A DNA stretch of 64,000 nt. It comes from Acidiphilium sp. Its GTDB lineage: Bacteria; Pseudomonadota; Alphaproteobacteria; Acetobacterales; Acetobacteraceae. A model generated the notes under the pieces. The model worked only from the letters and a program-made list of their open reading frames with translations, did no database searches and was not told where the DNA came from. Both the position numbers and the translations under genes were made by a program. This document shows, one piece after another, positions 20,028 through 32,409 of this stretch; position 1 is the first letter of the stretch, and the number at the start of each line of letters is the position of its first letter. The stretch spans positions 19,061-83,060 of the forward strand of contig JAQTXH010000002.1 in the NCBI GenBank assembly GCA_028688905.1. Direction: 5' to 3'.

Positions 20028-22234
20028 TACGCGCGCTCCACGAAGCGATCGAGCACGCGTTTCTCGCCGGCGGTTTCGAAGCGGATATCGAGCCGGTCGT
20101 CATCGGCGTCGAGCACCACGCCGTAGCCAAATTTCTGGTGAAACACGCGGGTTCCTTCGGTGAGTTTGTCGGCACGCGCCGGGCGGGACGGGGTGTTCCA
20201 GCTATCGGCCTCGCGCTGGTTGAGCAGGGGCGCGGCCTCGCGCCGGGCCAATAAAGGTGTTGCGGTCGCGAACACCGGCGGTGCGGCGAGGCGCTGCTCG
20301 CGCGCGAGGCTGGCCGAGCCGCCGAGCGTGATGAATTCGGCGGGCAGTTCCTCGATGAAGCGCGACGGAACGCTCGATTGCCAGTTGGCGTAGATCCGGC
20401 GGTTGGCGCAGTGCGAGATGATCGCGCGCTGCTTCGCCCGGGTGATGCCGACATAGGCGAGGCGGCGCTCCTCCTCCAGCGATTTGGCACCGCCTTCGTC
20501 GAGCGACCGCTGGTTGGGGAACACGCCTTCCTCCCAGCCGGGCAGAAACACCGTGTCGAACTCCAGGCCTTTGGCGGCGTGCAGGGTCATCAGGAACACT
20601 TTGTCGTCATTGATCTCGTTGTCGTTGTCCATAACGAGTGAAACATGTTCGAGGAACCCTTCGAGGGTGTCGAAATCGGCCAAAGCGCGGACCAGTTCCT
20701 TCAGATTCTCGATCCGTCCCGCCGCATCGGGCGTCTTCTGCTCCTGCCACATCGCAATATAGCCGCTTTCGTCGAGCAGCGTTGCGAGGGTGGCGACATG
20801 GCCATCGTGTTTGAGGGCTGTGCGCCAATTGGCACATTTCACCAGCAGATCACGCAACCCCTCGCGCGCCTTGCCGCGCAGCGTGGCTTCGGCGGCGATC
20901 CGCGCGGCGGCTTCGGCGAGCGGCACCGCGTCGGCGCGGGCGCGTTCGTGCATGGCGCGCAATGCGGTCTCGCCCAGCCCGCGCTTGGGTACATTGACGA
21001 TCCGCTCAAACGCCAGATCGTCCGCCGGCTGCACCAGCACCCGCAAATAGGCGATCGCGTCCCGGATCTCGGCGCGTTCATAAAAGCGCAAGCCACCGAT
21101 GATCCGGTAGGGCAGGCCGATCGCGATGAACCGTTCCTCAAAGGCGCGGGTCTGGAAGCCGGCGCGCACCAGCACCGCGCATTCGGCGAGTTTATGGTTC
21201 TCGCGGCGCAGTGCTTCGATGCGGGTGGAGACCGCTCGCGACTCCTCATCGGAATCCCAGAACGCCATCACCTCGACATTGTCACCCTCGGCATTTTCGC
21301 GCCCTGGATGCAACGTTTTGCCGAGTCTGCCCTCGTTGTGGGCGATCAGCCCGGAAGCCGCTGCGAGAATCGGCGCGGTCGAGCGATAATTGGCCTCCAA
21401 TCTGACGATCTTAGCCCCCGGAAAATCCGCCTCGAAGCGCAGGATGTTCTCGATCTCGGCACCGCGCCAGGAATAGATGCTCTGGTCGTCATCGCCCACA
21501 CAGCAGATGTTTTTCGATTGCTGGGCGAGCAGGCGCAGCCAGTAATACTGCACCAGGTTGGTGTCCTGGTACTCATCGACTAGAATATAGCGGAACCGGC
21601 GGTGGTAATGCGCCAGAACTTCGGGGTCGCGCTTGAGCAGATCGGTGGCGAGCAGCAACAGATCGCCGAAATCCACCGCGTTCAGCGCCCGCAACCGCTC
21701 CTGATACGCCGCATATAAGTCGCGTGCGGATTCCGCCCCCCAGTCGACATCCTGCTCGCGCGGAACCGCGTCGGGCAGCATCGCGCGGTCTTTCCAGCGC
21801 TGGATCGTGCCCATCAACCCTTGCGGGGTGAAGCGCTTGGTGTCCATCCGGCGGGCCTCCATTACCTGTTTAAGCAGGCGGAGCTGATCGTCGGGGTCGA
21901 GGATGGAAAAATTCGAGGTGCGTTCGACCCGTTCGGCGTAGCGCCGCAGCATCCGCGCCGCCAGGGCGTGAAAGGTGCCCAGCCACAGCCCTTCGGCGGG
22001 CCGATCGAGCAGGGTCGCCACTCGCTCGCGCATTTCGCGTGCCGCTTTGTTGGTGAAGGTGACCGCGAGAATCTGGTTCGGGAACGCCCGCTTGCTCAAC
22101 AATATATGGGCGAATCGCGTGGTCAGCACGCGGGTTTTGCCGGTGCCGGCCCCGGCCAGCACCAGTACCGGCCCGTCGACCGCCTCGACGGCTTCGCGCT
22201 GGGCGGGGTTCAGCCGTGCCAGATAATCACTCAC
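20027..22234 (-). CDS. uvrD: UvrD/PcrA-family ATP-dependent DNA helicase
   Basis: LAGAGTGKT, TFTNKAA, LVDEYQDTN, VGDDDQSIYSWRGA, MTLHAAKGLEF and EEERRLAYVGITRA. Confidence 0.96.
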   Translation of the reverse strand: MSDYLARLNPAQREAVEAVDGPVLVLAGAGTGKTRVLTTRFAHILLSKRAFPNQILAVTFTNKAAREMRERVATLLDRPAEGLWLGTFHALAARMLRRYAERVERTSNFSILDPDDQLRLLKQVMEARRMDTKRFTPQGLMGTIQRWKDRAMLPDAVPREQDVDWGAESARDLYAAYQERLRALNAVDFGDLLLLATDLLKRDPEVLAHYHRRFRYILVDEYQDTNLVQYYWLRLLAQQSKNICCVGDDDQSIYSWRGAEIENILRFEADFPGAKIVRLEANYRSTAPILAAASGLIAHNEGRLGKTLHPGRENAEGDNVEVMAFWDSDEESRAVSTRIEALRRENHKLAECAVLVRAGFQTRAFEERFIAIGLPYRIIGGLRFYERAEIRDAIAYLRVLVQPADDLAFERIVNVPKRGLGETALRAMHERARADAVPLAEAAARIAAEATLRGKAREGLRDLLVKCANWRTALKHDGHVATLATLLDESGYIAMWQEQKTPDAAGRIENLKELVRALADFDTLEGFLEHVSLVMDNDNEINDDKVFLMTLHAAKGLEFDTVFLPGWEEGVFPNQRSLDEGGAKSLEEERRLAYVGITRAKQRAIISHCANRRIYANWQSSVPSRFIEELPAEFITLGGSASLAREQRLAAPPVFATATPLLARREAAPLLNQREADSWNTPSRPARADKLTEGTRVFHQKFGYGVVLDADDDRLDIRFETAGEKRVLDRFVERA

Positions 22235-23163
22235 GAAACCGGTTTCACCCCGAGAATCCGTGCGATCGCGTAGGTCAGATCGGCGCGGTTCAGCGTATAG
22301 AAATGGAATTCGTCGATCCCGTTGGCCTGGAGCGTGCGGACCTGTTCGGCGGCGATCGCGGCGGCGACCATCTGGCGGGTTTCGGCATCATCGTCGAGAC
22401 CATCGAACATCTCGGCCATCCAGCCCGGCACATAGGTGCCGCCCATCTCGCTGATCCGCTTGGCCTGGGCGAAGTTCGACACCGGCATGATGCCCGGAAT
22501 GACCGGCGCGGTGATCCCGGCGGCCAGCGCGCGGTCGAGAAATTCGAGAAAATGTCCGGTTTCGAAAAACACCTGGCTGATCGCACGGGTCGCCCCGGCA
22601 TCGAGTTTGCGCTTGAGATTGTCGAGATCGGCGGCGGGGCTGGCGGCCTGGGCGTGGGTTTCCGGGTAGGCGGCGACCGAGATGTCGAAATCGGCGACGC
22701 GTTTCAGGCCGGCGACCAGATCGGCGGCAAAATGATAGCCGTCGGGATGCGGCGCGTAGGCCGCCTTGGAAGGCGGGTCGCCCCGGAGGGCGACGATGTG
22801 CCGCACCCCGGCGTCCCAATAGCGGCGGGCGACGTCGTCCACCTCCCCGCGCGACGCGCCGACGCAGGTGAGATGCGCCGCCGGGATCAGGCTGGTCTCG
22901 CGCACCAGGCGCGTAACGGTCGCGTGGGTACGCTCCTGGGTCGAGCCGCCGGCCCCGTAGGTGACCGAGACGAAACGGGGTGCCAGCGGCTCCAGCCGGC
23001 GAATACAGACCCAAAGCTGGGTTTCCAGCGCCTCGGTTTTCGGTGGAAAAAACTCGAATGAGATCGCCGGTGCCGGGGCGCGCGGCGCGCGGGTGGGCAA
23101 CGGCTCGATCCGGGGTCCGGACAGCCAGCGTTCAAGAGCGGTATGGGGTGGGTCGTGGCTCAT
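22231..23163 (-). CDS. metF: 5,10-methylenetetrahydrofolate reductase
   Basis: SFEFFPPKT, FVSVTYGAGGST, AAHLTCVG, ALRGD and HFYTLNR; start ATG 23163 after GAGGAG. Confidence 0.97.
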   Translation of the reverse strand: MSHDPPHTALERWLSGPRIEPLPTRAPRAPAPAISFEFFPPKTEALETQLWVCIRRLEPLAPRFVSVTYGAGGSTQERTHATVTRLVRETSLIPAAHLTCVGASRGEVDDVARRYWDAGVRHIVALRGDPPSKAAYAPHPDGYHFAADLVAGLKRVADFDISVAAYPETHAQAASPAADLDNLKRKLDAGATRAISQVFFETGHFLEFLDRALAAGITAPVIPGIMPVSNFAQAKRISEMGGTYVPGWMAEMFDGLDDDAETRQMVAAAIAAEQVRTLQANGIDEFHFYTLNRADLTYAIARILGVKPVS

Positions 23164-23387
23164 CACACTCTCCTCGGCCGATTTCGTGACAGCAAGCGGC
23201 ATCGGTTGCAAGCCGGGCAGCGGCATCGGGCATAGGTTATGCCTGATCATCGAAGGGCATGGTTGATCAACCTCTTCGTTGCGCTACATAACGATGGATA
23301 GAGCGGCTCGTAAATGGGTCCGGCGTCGGCACAAAGCCGCATTTGAGTGAACGCGGCCTCGATTTCCGGGGTCGATGAAGGAGGCCC

Positions 23388-24200
23388 ATGGGCATTGTAA
23401 TGAAATCGGTCGTGCCGCTTCTGGCGGTTGGTGGGCTGCTGGGGGGGTGCGCGACCCCGCCGCCCCAAACGAATGCGGCGGCCTATCAGGCTTACCAACA
23501 GCAGAACGACCCGCTGAAGCCGGTTAACAAGGTCGTTTATCAATTCGATGACAAGCTGGACACCTATGTGCTCAAGCCGGTGGCGCTGGGCTACATCGAT
23601 GTCACCACGCCGGGGATACGCGAGCATGTCACCTATTTCATGCGCAATCTCCTGGCACCGGGGCAACTTCTCTACTTCATGGCCGCCGGTAAACCGCGTG
23701 ACGCCGGGACCACGCTGGTGCGCTTCCTGGTCAATTCCACGGTCGGAATCGGCGGTATTTTCGATCCGGCTCGTGCGCTCGGTTATCATCACGTCTATAC
23801 CGACCTTGGCCTGACTCTGGCCGGCTATGGCGTGCCGGAGGGGCCATATTTGTATCTGCCCTTGTTTGGGCCGTCCGATGTGCGGGATGCCTTCAATTGG
23901 CCGGCCAGTTATTTCATGACACCGACCTTTCCGGCACCGCCGTCAACCGGGCTGACCATTTTCAGCGACTCCGCCACCACTCTGGGTCTGGTGAACCTGC
24001 GTGCGCGACTCCATGGAACCATTTCCAACATTAAAATGACGTCACTTGACCCTTATGCCACATTTCGGAGCCTTTATCGCCAACATCGTGCCGCACAGCT
24101 CAACGAGATTAACCAGCGTGACGTCGCGACCCCGCCGGCTTGGTATCCGGCCGTGCAGCGTAAAGCGATGAAGCACGAAGACTACGACGACAATAACTAG
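23388..24200 (+). CDS. mlaA: MlaA/VacJ-family lipoprotein
   Basis: Lipobox LLGGC; DPLKPVN, RFLVNSTVGIGGIFD, DLGLTL, GPYLYLPLFGPS and DPYA. Confidence 0.93.
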   Translation: MGIVMKSVVPLLAVGGLLGGCATPPPQTNAAAYQAYQQQNDPLKPVNKVVYQFDDKLDTYVLKPVALGYIDVTTPGIREHVTYFMRNLLAPGQLLYFMAAGKPRDAGTTLVRFLVNSTVGIGGIFDPARALGYHHVYTDLGLTLAGYGVPEGPYLYLPLFGPSDVRDAFNWPASYFMTPTFPAPPSTGLTIFSDSATTLGLVNLRARLHGTISNIKMTSLDPYATFRSLYRQHRAAQLNEINQRDVATPPAWYPAVQRKAMKHEDYDDNN

Positions 24201-24212
24201 AAAGGACTGCCC

Positions 24213-24851
24213 ATGGCCGCCTATTTCCGCCGGGTTCTGCTCGGTGCCTTCGCCGTGATACCAGCGCTCGCCCTCTCACCGATCGCAATCCCTGCGGTTG
24301 CCTATGCCGCCGCCCCCAGCGCGACCGCCGCTCAGGGGTTCATCAAGCAATCCGGTGCCAAACTGGTCTCGATCATCAATGGGCCAGGCTCGAGCGACCA
24401 GAAGGCCGCCGATTTGCGCAGCCTCGTGAACAACATTGTCGCGGTTGACCAGATCGGCAAATTCGTGCTCGGCCGCTACTGGCGGGTCGCAACACCGAGC
24501 CAGCGGAGCCAGTACATGAGCCTGTTTCACCAGACGCTGGCATATAACATCACGACCCAGATCCGTGCCTACAAGGGAGTGACCTTCACGGTCGGTCGTG
24601 TGAGCAGCGGGCCGGAAGGCGAGATGGTCAGCACCGTGGTCACCCGCCAGGATCAGTCGCCGGCGCATGTGCAGTGGGTGGTCGAAACGGTTGGAGGGGA
24701 GCCGAAGATTGTCGATGTCGTGGTCGAGGGAACCTCGCTGCGCGTCACCGAGCGCGCGGACTATTCAAGCGTGATCGACGACCATGGCGGCCAGGTTACC
24801 GCCCTGCTCGACGCGATGAAGCAGCAGCTTTCGCGGATGCAGGCAGGCTGA
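24213..24851 (+). CDS. mlaC: MlaC/Ttg2D phospholipid shuttle protein
   Basis: Signal peptide; IGKFVLGRYWRVATPSQR and KIVDVVVEGTSL; follows mlaA. Confidence 0.9.
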   Translation: MAAYFRRVLLGAFAVIPALALSPIAIPAVAYAAAPSATAAQGFIKQSGAKLVSIINGPGSSDQKAADLRSLVNNIVAVDQIGKFVLGRYWRVATPSQRSQYMSLFHQTLAYNITTQIRAYKGVTFTVGRVSSGPEGEMVSTVVTRQDQSPAHVQWVVETVGGEPKIVDVVVEGTSLRVTERADYSSVIDDHGGQVTALLDAMKQQLSRMQAG

Positions 24852-24873
24852 TGTCAGACCGAAGCCGCGCCAG

Positions 24874-24902
24874 CTTGCCTTGGTGCGGCTTCGGGTCTAT
24901 AT
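24874..24902 (+). promoter_or_regulatory. Sigma70 promoter of the rimP-nusA-infB operon
   Basis: CTTGCC-N17-CTATAT matches the alphaproteobacterial RpoD consensus CTTGAC-N17-CTATAT. Confidence 0.7.
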
Positions 24903-24932
24903 AGCGCCAAAATCATACTCCAACCTTGACGG

Positions 24933-24959
24933 AGGTGGCCTCAACGGGCCGCCTTTTTT
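24933..24959 (+). terminator. Intrinsic terminator/attenuator hairpin in the rimP leader
   Basis: AGGTGGCC-tcaacg-GGCCGCCT followed by TTTTT, between the promoter and the rimP start. Confidence 0.7.
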
Positions 24960-25009
24960 GTTGTCCAACCGCCTTTGTCACCGAGACCAATATTTTGAAC
25001 CAACCCCGA

Positions 25010-25519
25010 ATGCAACACACCGGCCTTGAAGGCCGCATCGCCGACCTGATCGCCCCCGGGCTGGAATCGGTCGGCTATGAACTTGTCCGCGTCACAATCA
25101 TGGGCAAGCAGACGCCCACCGTGCAGATCATGGCGGACCGGGCGGATCAGACCCAGCTCTCGCTCGATGATTGCGAGCGGATCAGCCATCTGGTCTCCGC
25201 CGTGCTCGATGTCGATGATCCGATCAGCACGGCCTGGACGTTAGAAGTCAGCTCCACCGGGATCGATCGGCCATTGACCCGGGTGAAGGACTGGAACCGC
25301 TTCGCTGGCCATCTTGCCAAAATCGAACTGGACGTGCCGATCGCCGCCGGCCGCAAACGGGTGACCGCAACCGTGCTGAGTGCCGATGAAACAGCGGCAC
25401 GGGTCAAGCTCGATACTGGCGAAACCGTCGATCTGCCGCACCAGGATATTCGCAGGGCCAAGCTGGTCTTGACCGAAGATTTGATCAAGGCGACCGAAAC
25501 GCCGTCTCCGCCCAACTAA
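25010..25519 (+). CDS. rimP: Ribosome maturation factor RimP
   Basis: [22 protein letters not shown] and [12 protein letters not shown]; start probably ATG 25010. Confidence 0.95.
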   Translation: MQHTGLEGRIADLIAPGLESVGYELVRVTIMGKQTPTVQIMADRADQTQLSLDDCERISHLVSAVLDVDDPISTAWTLEVSSTGIDRPLTRVKDWNRFAGHLAKIELDVPIAAGRKRVTATVLSADETAARVKLDTGETVDLPHQDIRRAKLVLTEDLIKATETPSPPN

Positions 25520-25560
25520 GTTCCCCAGAGCAACAACCAGAGCAACAAAGCGAGATTTCC

Positions 25561-27075
25561 ATGGACACCGCGATTGCCCGCCCCGAATTGCTCCTCGTCG
25601 CCGACGCCGTCGCCCGCGAAAAACAGATCGACCGCGACGAAGTGCTCGAAGCGATGGAACAAGCCATCCAAAAAGCTGGCCGTGCCAAATACGGCCATGA
25701 AAAAGATATTCGGGCCACCATCGACCGCAAGACCGGCGATGTCCGCCTGTCGCGTTGGACCGAGGCAGTCGAGGTGGTGGAAAATGAGGAAACCCAGATT
25801 CCGCTGCATATCGCGAAGAAGTTCAAACCCGATATCGAACTCGGCGGTCATCTGATCGACCCGCTGCCGCCGATCGACTTCGGGCGCATTGCTGCGCAAA
25901 CCGCCAAGCAGGTGATCGTGCAGCGGGTGCGCGAATATGAGCGCAAGCGCCAGTATGACGAGTTCAAGGATCGGGTCGGCGAGATCATCACCGGTGTGGT
26001 CAAGCGCACCGAATACGGGAATCTGATGGTCGATCTGGGTCGCTCGGAAGCGCTTCTGCGGCGCGATGAGACGATTCCGCGCGAGAATCTGCACAATGGC
26101 GACCGGGTGCGGGCGTTCATTTACGATGTGCGCGAGGAACCGCGCGGGCCGCAAATTTTTCTGTCGCGCACCCATCCCGGCTTTCTCGCCAAATTGTTCG
26201 CCCAGGAAGTGCCGGAGATTTATGAGGGCATCATCGAGATCAAGGCGGTTTCGCGCGATCCGGGTTCGCGCGCGAAAATGGCGGTGATTTCGCGTGATTC
26301 CTCGATTGATCCGGTTGGGGCCTGTGTCGGTATGCGCGGCTCGCGGGTGCAGGCGGTGGTAGCCGAATTGCAGGGCGAAAAGATCGACATCATCCCCTGG
26401 TCGCCCAACCCGGCGACCTTTGTGGTCAACGCGCTGGCACCTGCCGAGGTTTCCAAGGTCGTGCTCGATGAAGAGGCGGGCAAGGTTGAGGTTGTCGTTC
26501 CGGACACCCAGTTGTCGCTCGCCATCGGCCGGCGGGGCCAGAATGTCAGGCTTGCCTCGCAGCTGACCCGCTGGGATATCGATATCCTCACCGAGGCCGA
26601 GGAAAGCGAACGCCGTCAGGAAGAATTCCGCCGCCGCTCTTACCTGTTCGTCGAAGCCCTCGATGTCGATGATGTGATCGCCGGCTTGCTTGTCACCGAA
26701 GGATTTGAAGGGATCGAAGACTTGGCTTCAACACCGCTGGACGAACTGGCCTCGATCGAGGGATTTGACGAGGGCATTGCCTCCGAACTGCAACGCCGCG
26801 CCGAAACGGCAATTGAGAAACGTGCGACCGAAATGGAAGACAAACGCAACACCCTTGGTGTCACCGATGAACTCGCCGGACTCGATGGTTTGACCGCCGC
26901 GATGCTGGTCGCGCTTGGCGAAGCCGGCGTGAAGACGCTCGACGATCTGGGCGATCTGGCGAGCGACGAGTTGATCGAGATTGTCGGCAAGGAAGCGCTC
27001 GATGAAGAGAGCGCCAATGCGATCATCATGGCTGCCCGCGCGCATTGGTTCGAAGGGGATGAAACTCCTGGCTGA
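25561..27075 (+). CDS. nusA: Transcription termination/antitermination factor NusA
   Basis: [49 protein letters not shown] and [14 protein letters not shown]. Confidence 0.99.
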   Translation: MDTAIARPELLLVADAVAREKQIDRDEVLEAMEQAIQKAGRAKYGHEKDIRATIDRKTGDVRLSRWTEAVEVVENEETQIPLHIAKKFKPDIELGGHLIDPLPPIDFGRIAAQTAKQVIVQRVREYERKRQYDEFKDRVGEIITGVVKRTEYGNLMVDLGRSEALLRRDETIPRENLHNGDRVRAFIYDVREEPRGPQIFLSRTHPGFLAKLFAQEVPEIYEGIIEIKAVSRDPGSRAKMAVISRDSSIDPVGACVGMRGSRVQAVVAELQGEKIDIIPWSPNPATFVVNALAPAEVSKVVLDEEAGKVEVVVPDTQLSLAIGRRGQNVRLASQLTRWDIDILTEAEESERRQEEFRRRSYLFVEALDVDDVIAGLLVTEGFEGIEDLASTPLDELASIEGFDEGIASELQRRAETAIEKRATEMEDKRNTLGVTDELAGLDGLTAAMLVALGEAGVKTLDDLGDLASDELIEIVGKEALDEESANAIIMAARAHWFEGDETPG

Positions 27076-27733
27076 ACCGGAAGCGCCCGATACGGGGATC
27101 ATTGAGGATGACGCAGCCGACCACACCGGCCCGTTGCGTCGGTGCCTGGTCACGCGCGAGCGTCACCCCCGTGAAACCATGCTGCGGTTCGTAGCGGGGC
27201 CGGGCGATGCCTTGGTCTTCGACGTGGTTGCAACCCTGCCCGGTCGCGGCATGTGGTTGAGTGCGCGGCGGGATGTGATAGATATAGCTGGCAAACGCGG
27301 CGTTTTTGGCAAAGCTGCGGGTCGGCGTCTGATCACACCCGAACGGCTTGCCGATCGGGTTGAAGGCGTTCTGGAAAATCGGATCGTCGAATTGCTGGGT
27401 CTGGCGCGCCGTGCTGGGGCCGCGATCGGCGGGTTCGAGAAGGTGAGAGAGCGGTTGGGTGCGGGTCAATGTGCCCTGTTGGTTGCAGCGTCCGATGGTA
27501 GCGATGCCGAACAGGCAAGGCTGCGCGGGCATCACAATGTACCGGTGGTGCGGCCGTTATCAGCGCAGCGGCTCGGTGCGGTGTTCGGGCGTGATCGGAC
27601 CGTGCATGTGGCGATCGGCCCCGGCAAACTCGCCGGCATGATCGAGATCGAAGCGGTTAAACTGGCCGGCGTCAGCGCCGCCGCGATTGCCAGTGCGGCA
27701 GAGAGCGGGCAGAGAGAGCCGCAACCGGGGTAA
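27059..27733 (+). CDS. ylxR: YlxR/DUF448 RNA-binding protein fused to an L7Ae-like domain
   Basis: RRCLVTR, LRFV, LPGRGMWL, then LLGLARRAGA..GFEKV; sits between nusA and infB. Confidence 0.88.
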   Translation: MKLLAEPEAPDTGIIEDDAADHTGPLRRCLVTRERHPRETMLRFVAGPGDALVFDVVATLPGRGMWLSARRDVIDIAGKRGVFGKAAGRRLITPERLADRVEGVLENRIVELLGLARRAGAAIGGFEKVRERLGAGQCALLVAASDGSDAEQARLRGHHNVPVVRPLSAQRLGAVFGRDRTVHVAIGPGKLAGMIEIEAVKLAGVSAAAIASAAESGQREPQPG

Positions 27734-27862
27734 ACCCGACTTTTTGCGGGGACACCGCAGAGTATCATTTGCGGCGACGACCGCAGAGCATTAGGTGACG
27801 GCCGCAGAGCCTATCTGCGGAGGCTACGACTAAGAAACTGAATTGAATACGGACCGGATTGT

Positions 27863-30562
<2,700 letters not shown>

Positions 30563-30986
30563 CCGGTAAGGACCGGGCTGGCGTTACCGGCAAGGTTGCC
30601 GAAGGTCCGACCCAGCGTCAGCGCCGGGTCGCCGAAGACATCCGCCATCGTCTCGCGGCGATTTTTGCGCGCACCGAGTTCCGCGACCCTGATCTGATCG
30701 GGGTCCACCTTACCGTGGCCGAAGTGCGGATGAGTCCGGACCTCAAACACGCCACGGTGTTTGTCTCGCGCCTGGGTAATATACCGGCCGATCCGCTGCT
30801 GCCGGCGCTCAAGCGGGTGGGGCCGTTCCTGCGCAGTGCGGTAGGGCAAGGGATGCGCACTAAATTCGTTCCCGACCTGCATTTCCAGCCCGATCATGCG
30901 CTCGATGAGGCGACCAGGATCAATCGCCTGCTCCACACGCCGGAGGTCACGCGCGATCTGCCCGCAGCCGTCAAACCGGACGATCA

Positions 30987-31955
30987 ATGACTGAAATCCT
31001 GCGTGACGATGCCGAAGGCATCGCCCGCGCCGCGTTGTTGCTCCGCACCGGCCAATTGGTCGCCTTTGCCACCGAAACCGTCTATGGCCTTGGGGCCGAT
31101 GCCACCAATGGCGCGGCTGTCGCCGGGATTTTTGCAGCCAAGGGCCGCCCGCAATTCAACCCGCTGATCTGCCATTTCCCCGATGCGGCCAGCGCGTTCG
31201 CCCATGTGGTTGCCGATGACCGTGCGCAAATCCTTGCCGCCAAATTCTGGCCCGGACCCCTGACGTTAGTCCTCGTCCGCCGCGCCAACAGCCCGATCTC
31301 CAGCCTCGCCGCCGCCGGGTTACCCTCGCTTGCGGTGCGAATTCCCGGTCACCCGACCGCCCGTGCCTTGCTCGAAGCCGCCAGCACCCCCATCGCCGCC
31401 CCCTCCGCCAACCGCTCCGGCCGGATCAGCCCAACTCGTGCGACCCATGTCGCCGCCGACCTCTCCGACCGAATCGCCGCCATTCTCGACTCCGGCCCTA
31501 CCTCTGTCGGCCTCGAATCCACCATCCTCGACCTGACCGCCGCCACTCCGACCCTGCTACGCCCCGGCGGCATCCCGATCGAGGCGCTGGAGGCCGCGAT
31601 TGGCCCGATCGACCGCGCCACCACTGCGTGTGCCATCGTCGCCCCAGGCATGATGATCTCCCACTACGCCCCCCGTCTGCCGCTGCGCCTCAACGCCATA
31701 GCACCCGCCCGTACCGAGGCGTGGCTCGGTTTCGGCCCGGTCCCGCCGATGCCGAACTTCACCATCAATCTTTCGCCTTCAGGCTCCCTGACCGAAGCCG
31801 CCGCCACTCTGTTCGATGCCTTGCACCGGATCGACGCCGAAGCGACAGCGCGGGGTCTTACCGGAATCGCCGCCGGTGCCATTCCTGCCCACGACCTGGG
31901 AGCCGCCATCAACGACCGGCTTGCGCGCGCCGCCGCACCGCGCGGAACCTGCTGA
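30987..31955 (+). CDS. sua5: Threonylcarbamoyl-AMP synthase with SUA5 C-terminal domain
   Basis: VAFATETVYGLGADA, KGRPQFNPLI, FWPGPLT, AAPSANRSG, GLESTI and APGMMISHYAP. Confidence 0.96.
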   Translation: MTEILRDDAEGIARAALLLRTGQLVAFATETVYGLGADATNGAAVAGIFAAKGRPQFNPLICHFPDAASAFAHVVADDRAQILAAKFWPGPLTLVLVRRANSPISSLAAAGLPSLAVRIPGHPTARALLEAASTPIAAPSANRSGRISPTRATHVAADLSDRIAAILDSGPTSVGLESTILDLTAATPTLLRPGGIPIEALEAAIGPIDRATTACAIVAPGMMISHYAPRLPLRLNAIAPARTEAWLGFGPVPPMPNFTINLSPSGSLTEAAATLFDALHRIDAEATARGLTGIAAGAIPAHDLGAAINDRLARAAAPRGTC

Positions 31956-32140
31956 TATAACAGGGCGGGAAGGACGTCGCGTTAGGACATGCGTAGAGAA
32001 CGAGGTTGGTTGCGCATCATAACCTGGACTGCGGATGATCGCCCAACCGGCCGCTGCGGAGACTTCAGCAGTTCTGCCTTGAAAAAATAGCATTTGTTAT
32101 TTTTTGAAATCTATATCACACGTTTTTTAGGTTATTATTG

Positions 32141-32153
32141 ATGTTTAAAACAT
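32141..32153. promoter_or_regulatory. Palindrome ATGTTT-A-AAACAT overlapping the XRE start codon; candidate autorepressor operator
   Basis: In an AT-rich stretch with TATTAT at 32133-32138; no RBS precedes ATG 32152. Confidence 0.45.
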
Positions 32154-32409
32154 GATATCTGCCGGGCAACTCAAAGCCGCACGCGCGCTGCTGGATCTGG
32201 ACCAACGGAAACTCGCCGAGATCTCCGGTCTGTCTCTGCCGACGATCCAGCGGATGGAGGGGAGCGACGGGATGATCCGAGGGAATGTTGATTCCTTGAT
32301 GAAGTTGCTCGATGCGCTGGATCGTTCAGGGATCATCGTGATCCGTCCAGGCGATGCGTGCGATGCATCGGGCGGGCGCGGTGTCCGCCTCAGGAACGAC
32401 GGCGCGTGA
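32152..32409 (+). CDS. XRE-family HTH transcriptional regulator
   Basis: QLKAARALLDLDQRKLAEISGLSLPTIQRME...GGRGVRL; GTGA overlap with the next gene. Confidence 0.9.
   Translation: MISAGQLKAARALLDLDQRKLAEISGLSLPTIQRMEGSDGMIRGNVDSLMKLLDALDRSGIIVIRPGDACDASGGRGVRLRNDGA

Noticed and set aside
23164-23387. SAM/SAH riboswitch upstream of metF
   Set aside because: No SAM-II, SAH or SAM-SAH consensus on the minus strand; only an 11-bp direct repeat AGCGGCATCGG (23195, 23219) of unclear meaning.
25525-25548. 12-bp tandem repeat CCAGAGCAACAA x2 between rimP and nusA
   Set aside because: Real but most simply replication slippage; no supportable function.
31956-32140. tRNA or att site at the core/accessory boundary after sua5
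   Set aside because: No cloverleaf or T-loop consensus, and no matching direct repeat or integrase in the window.
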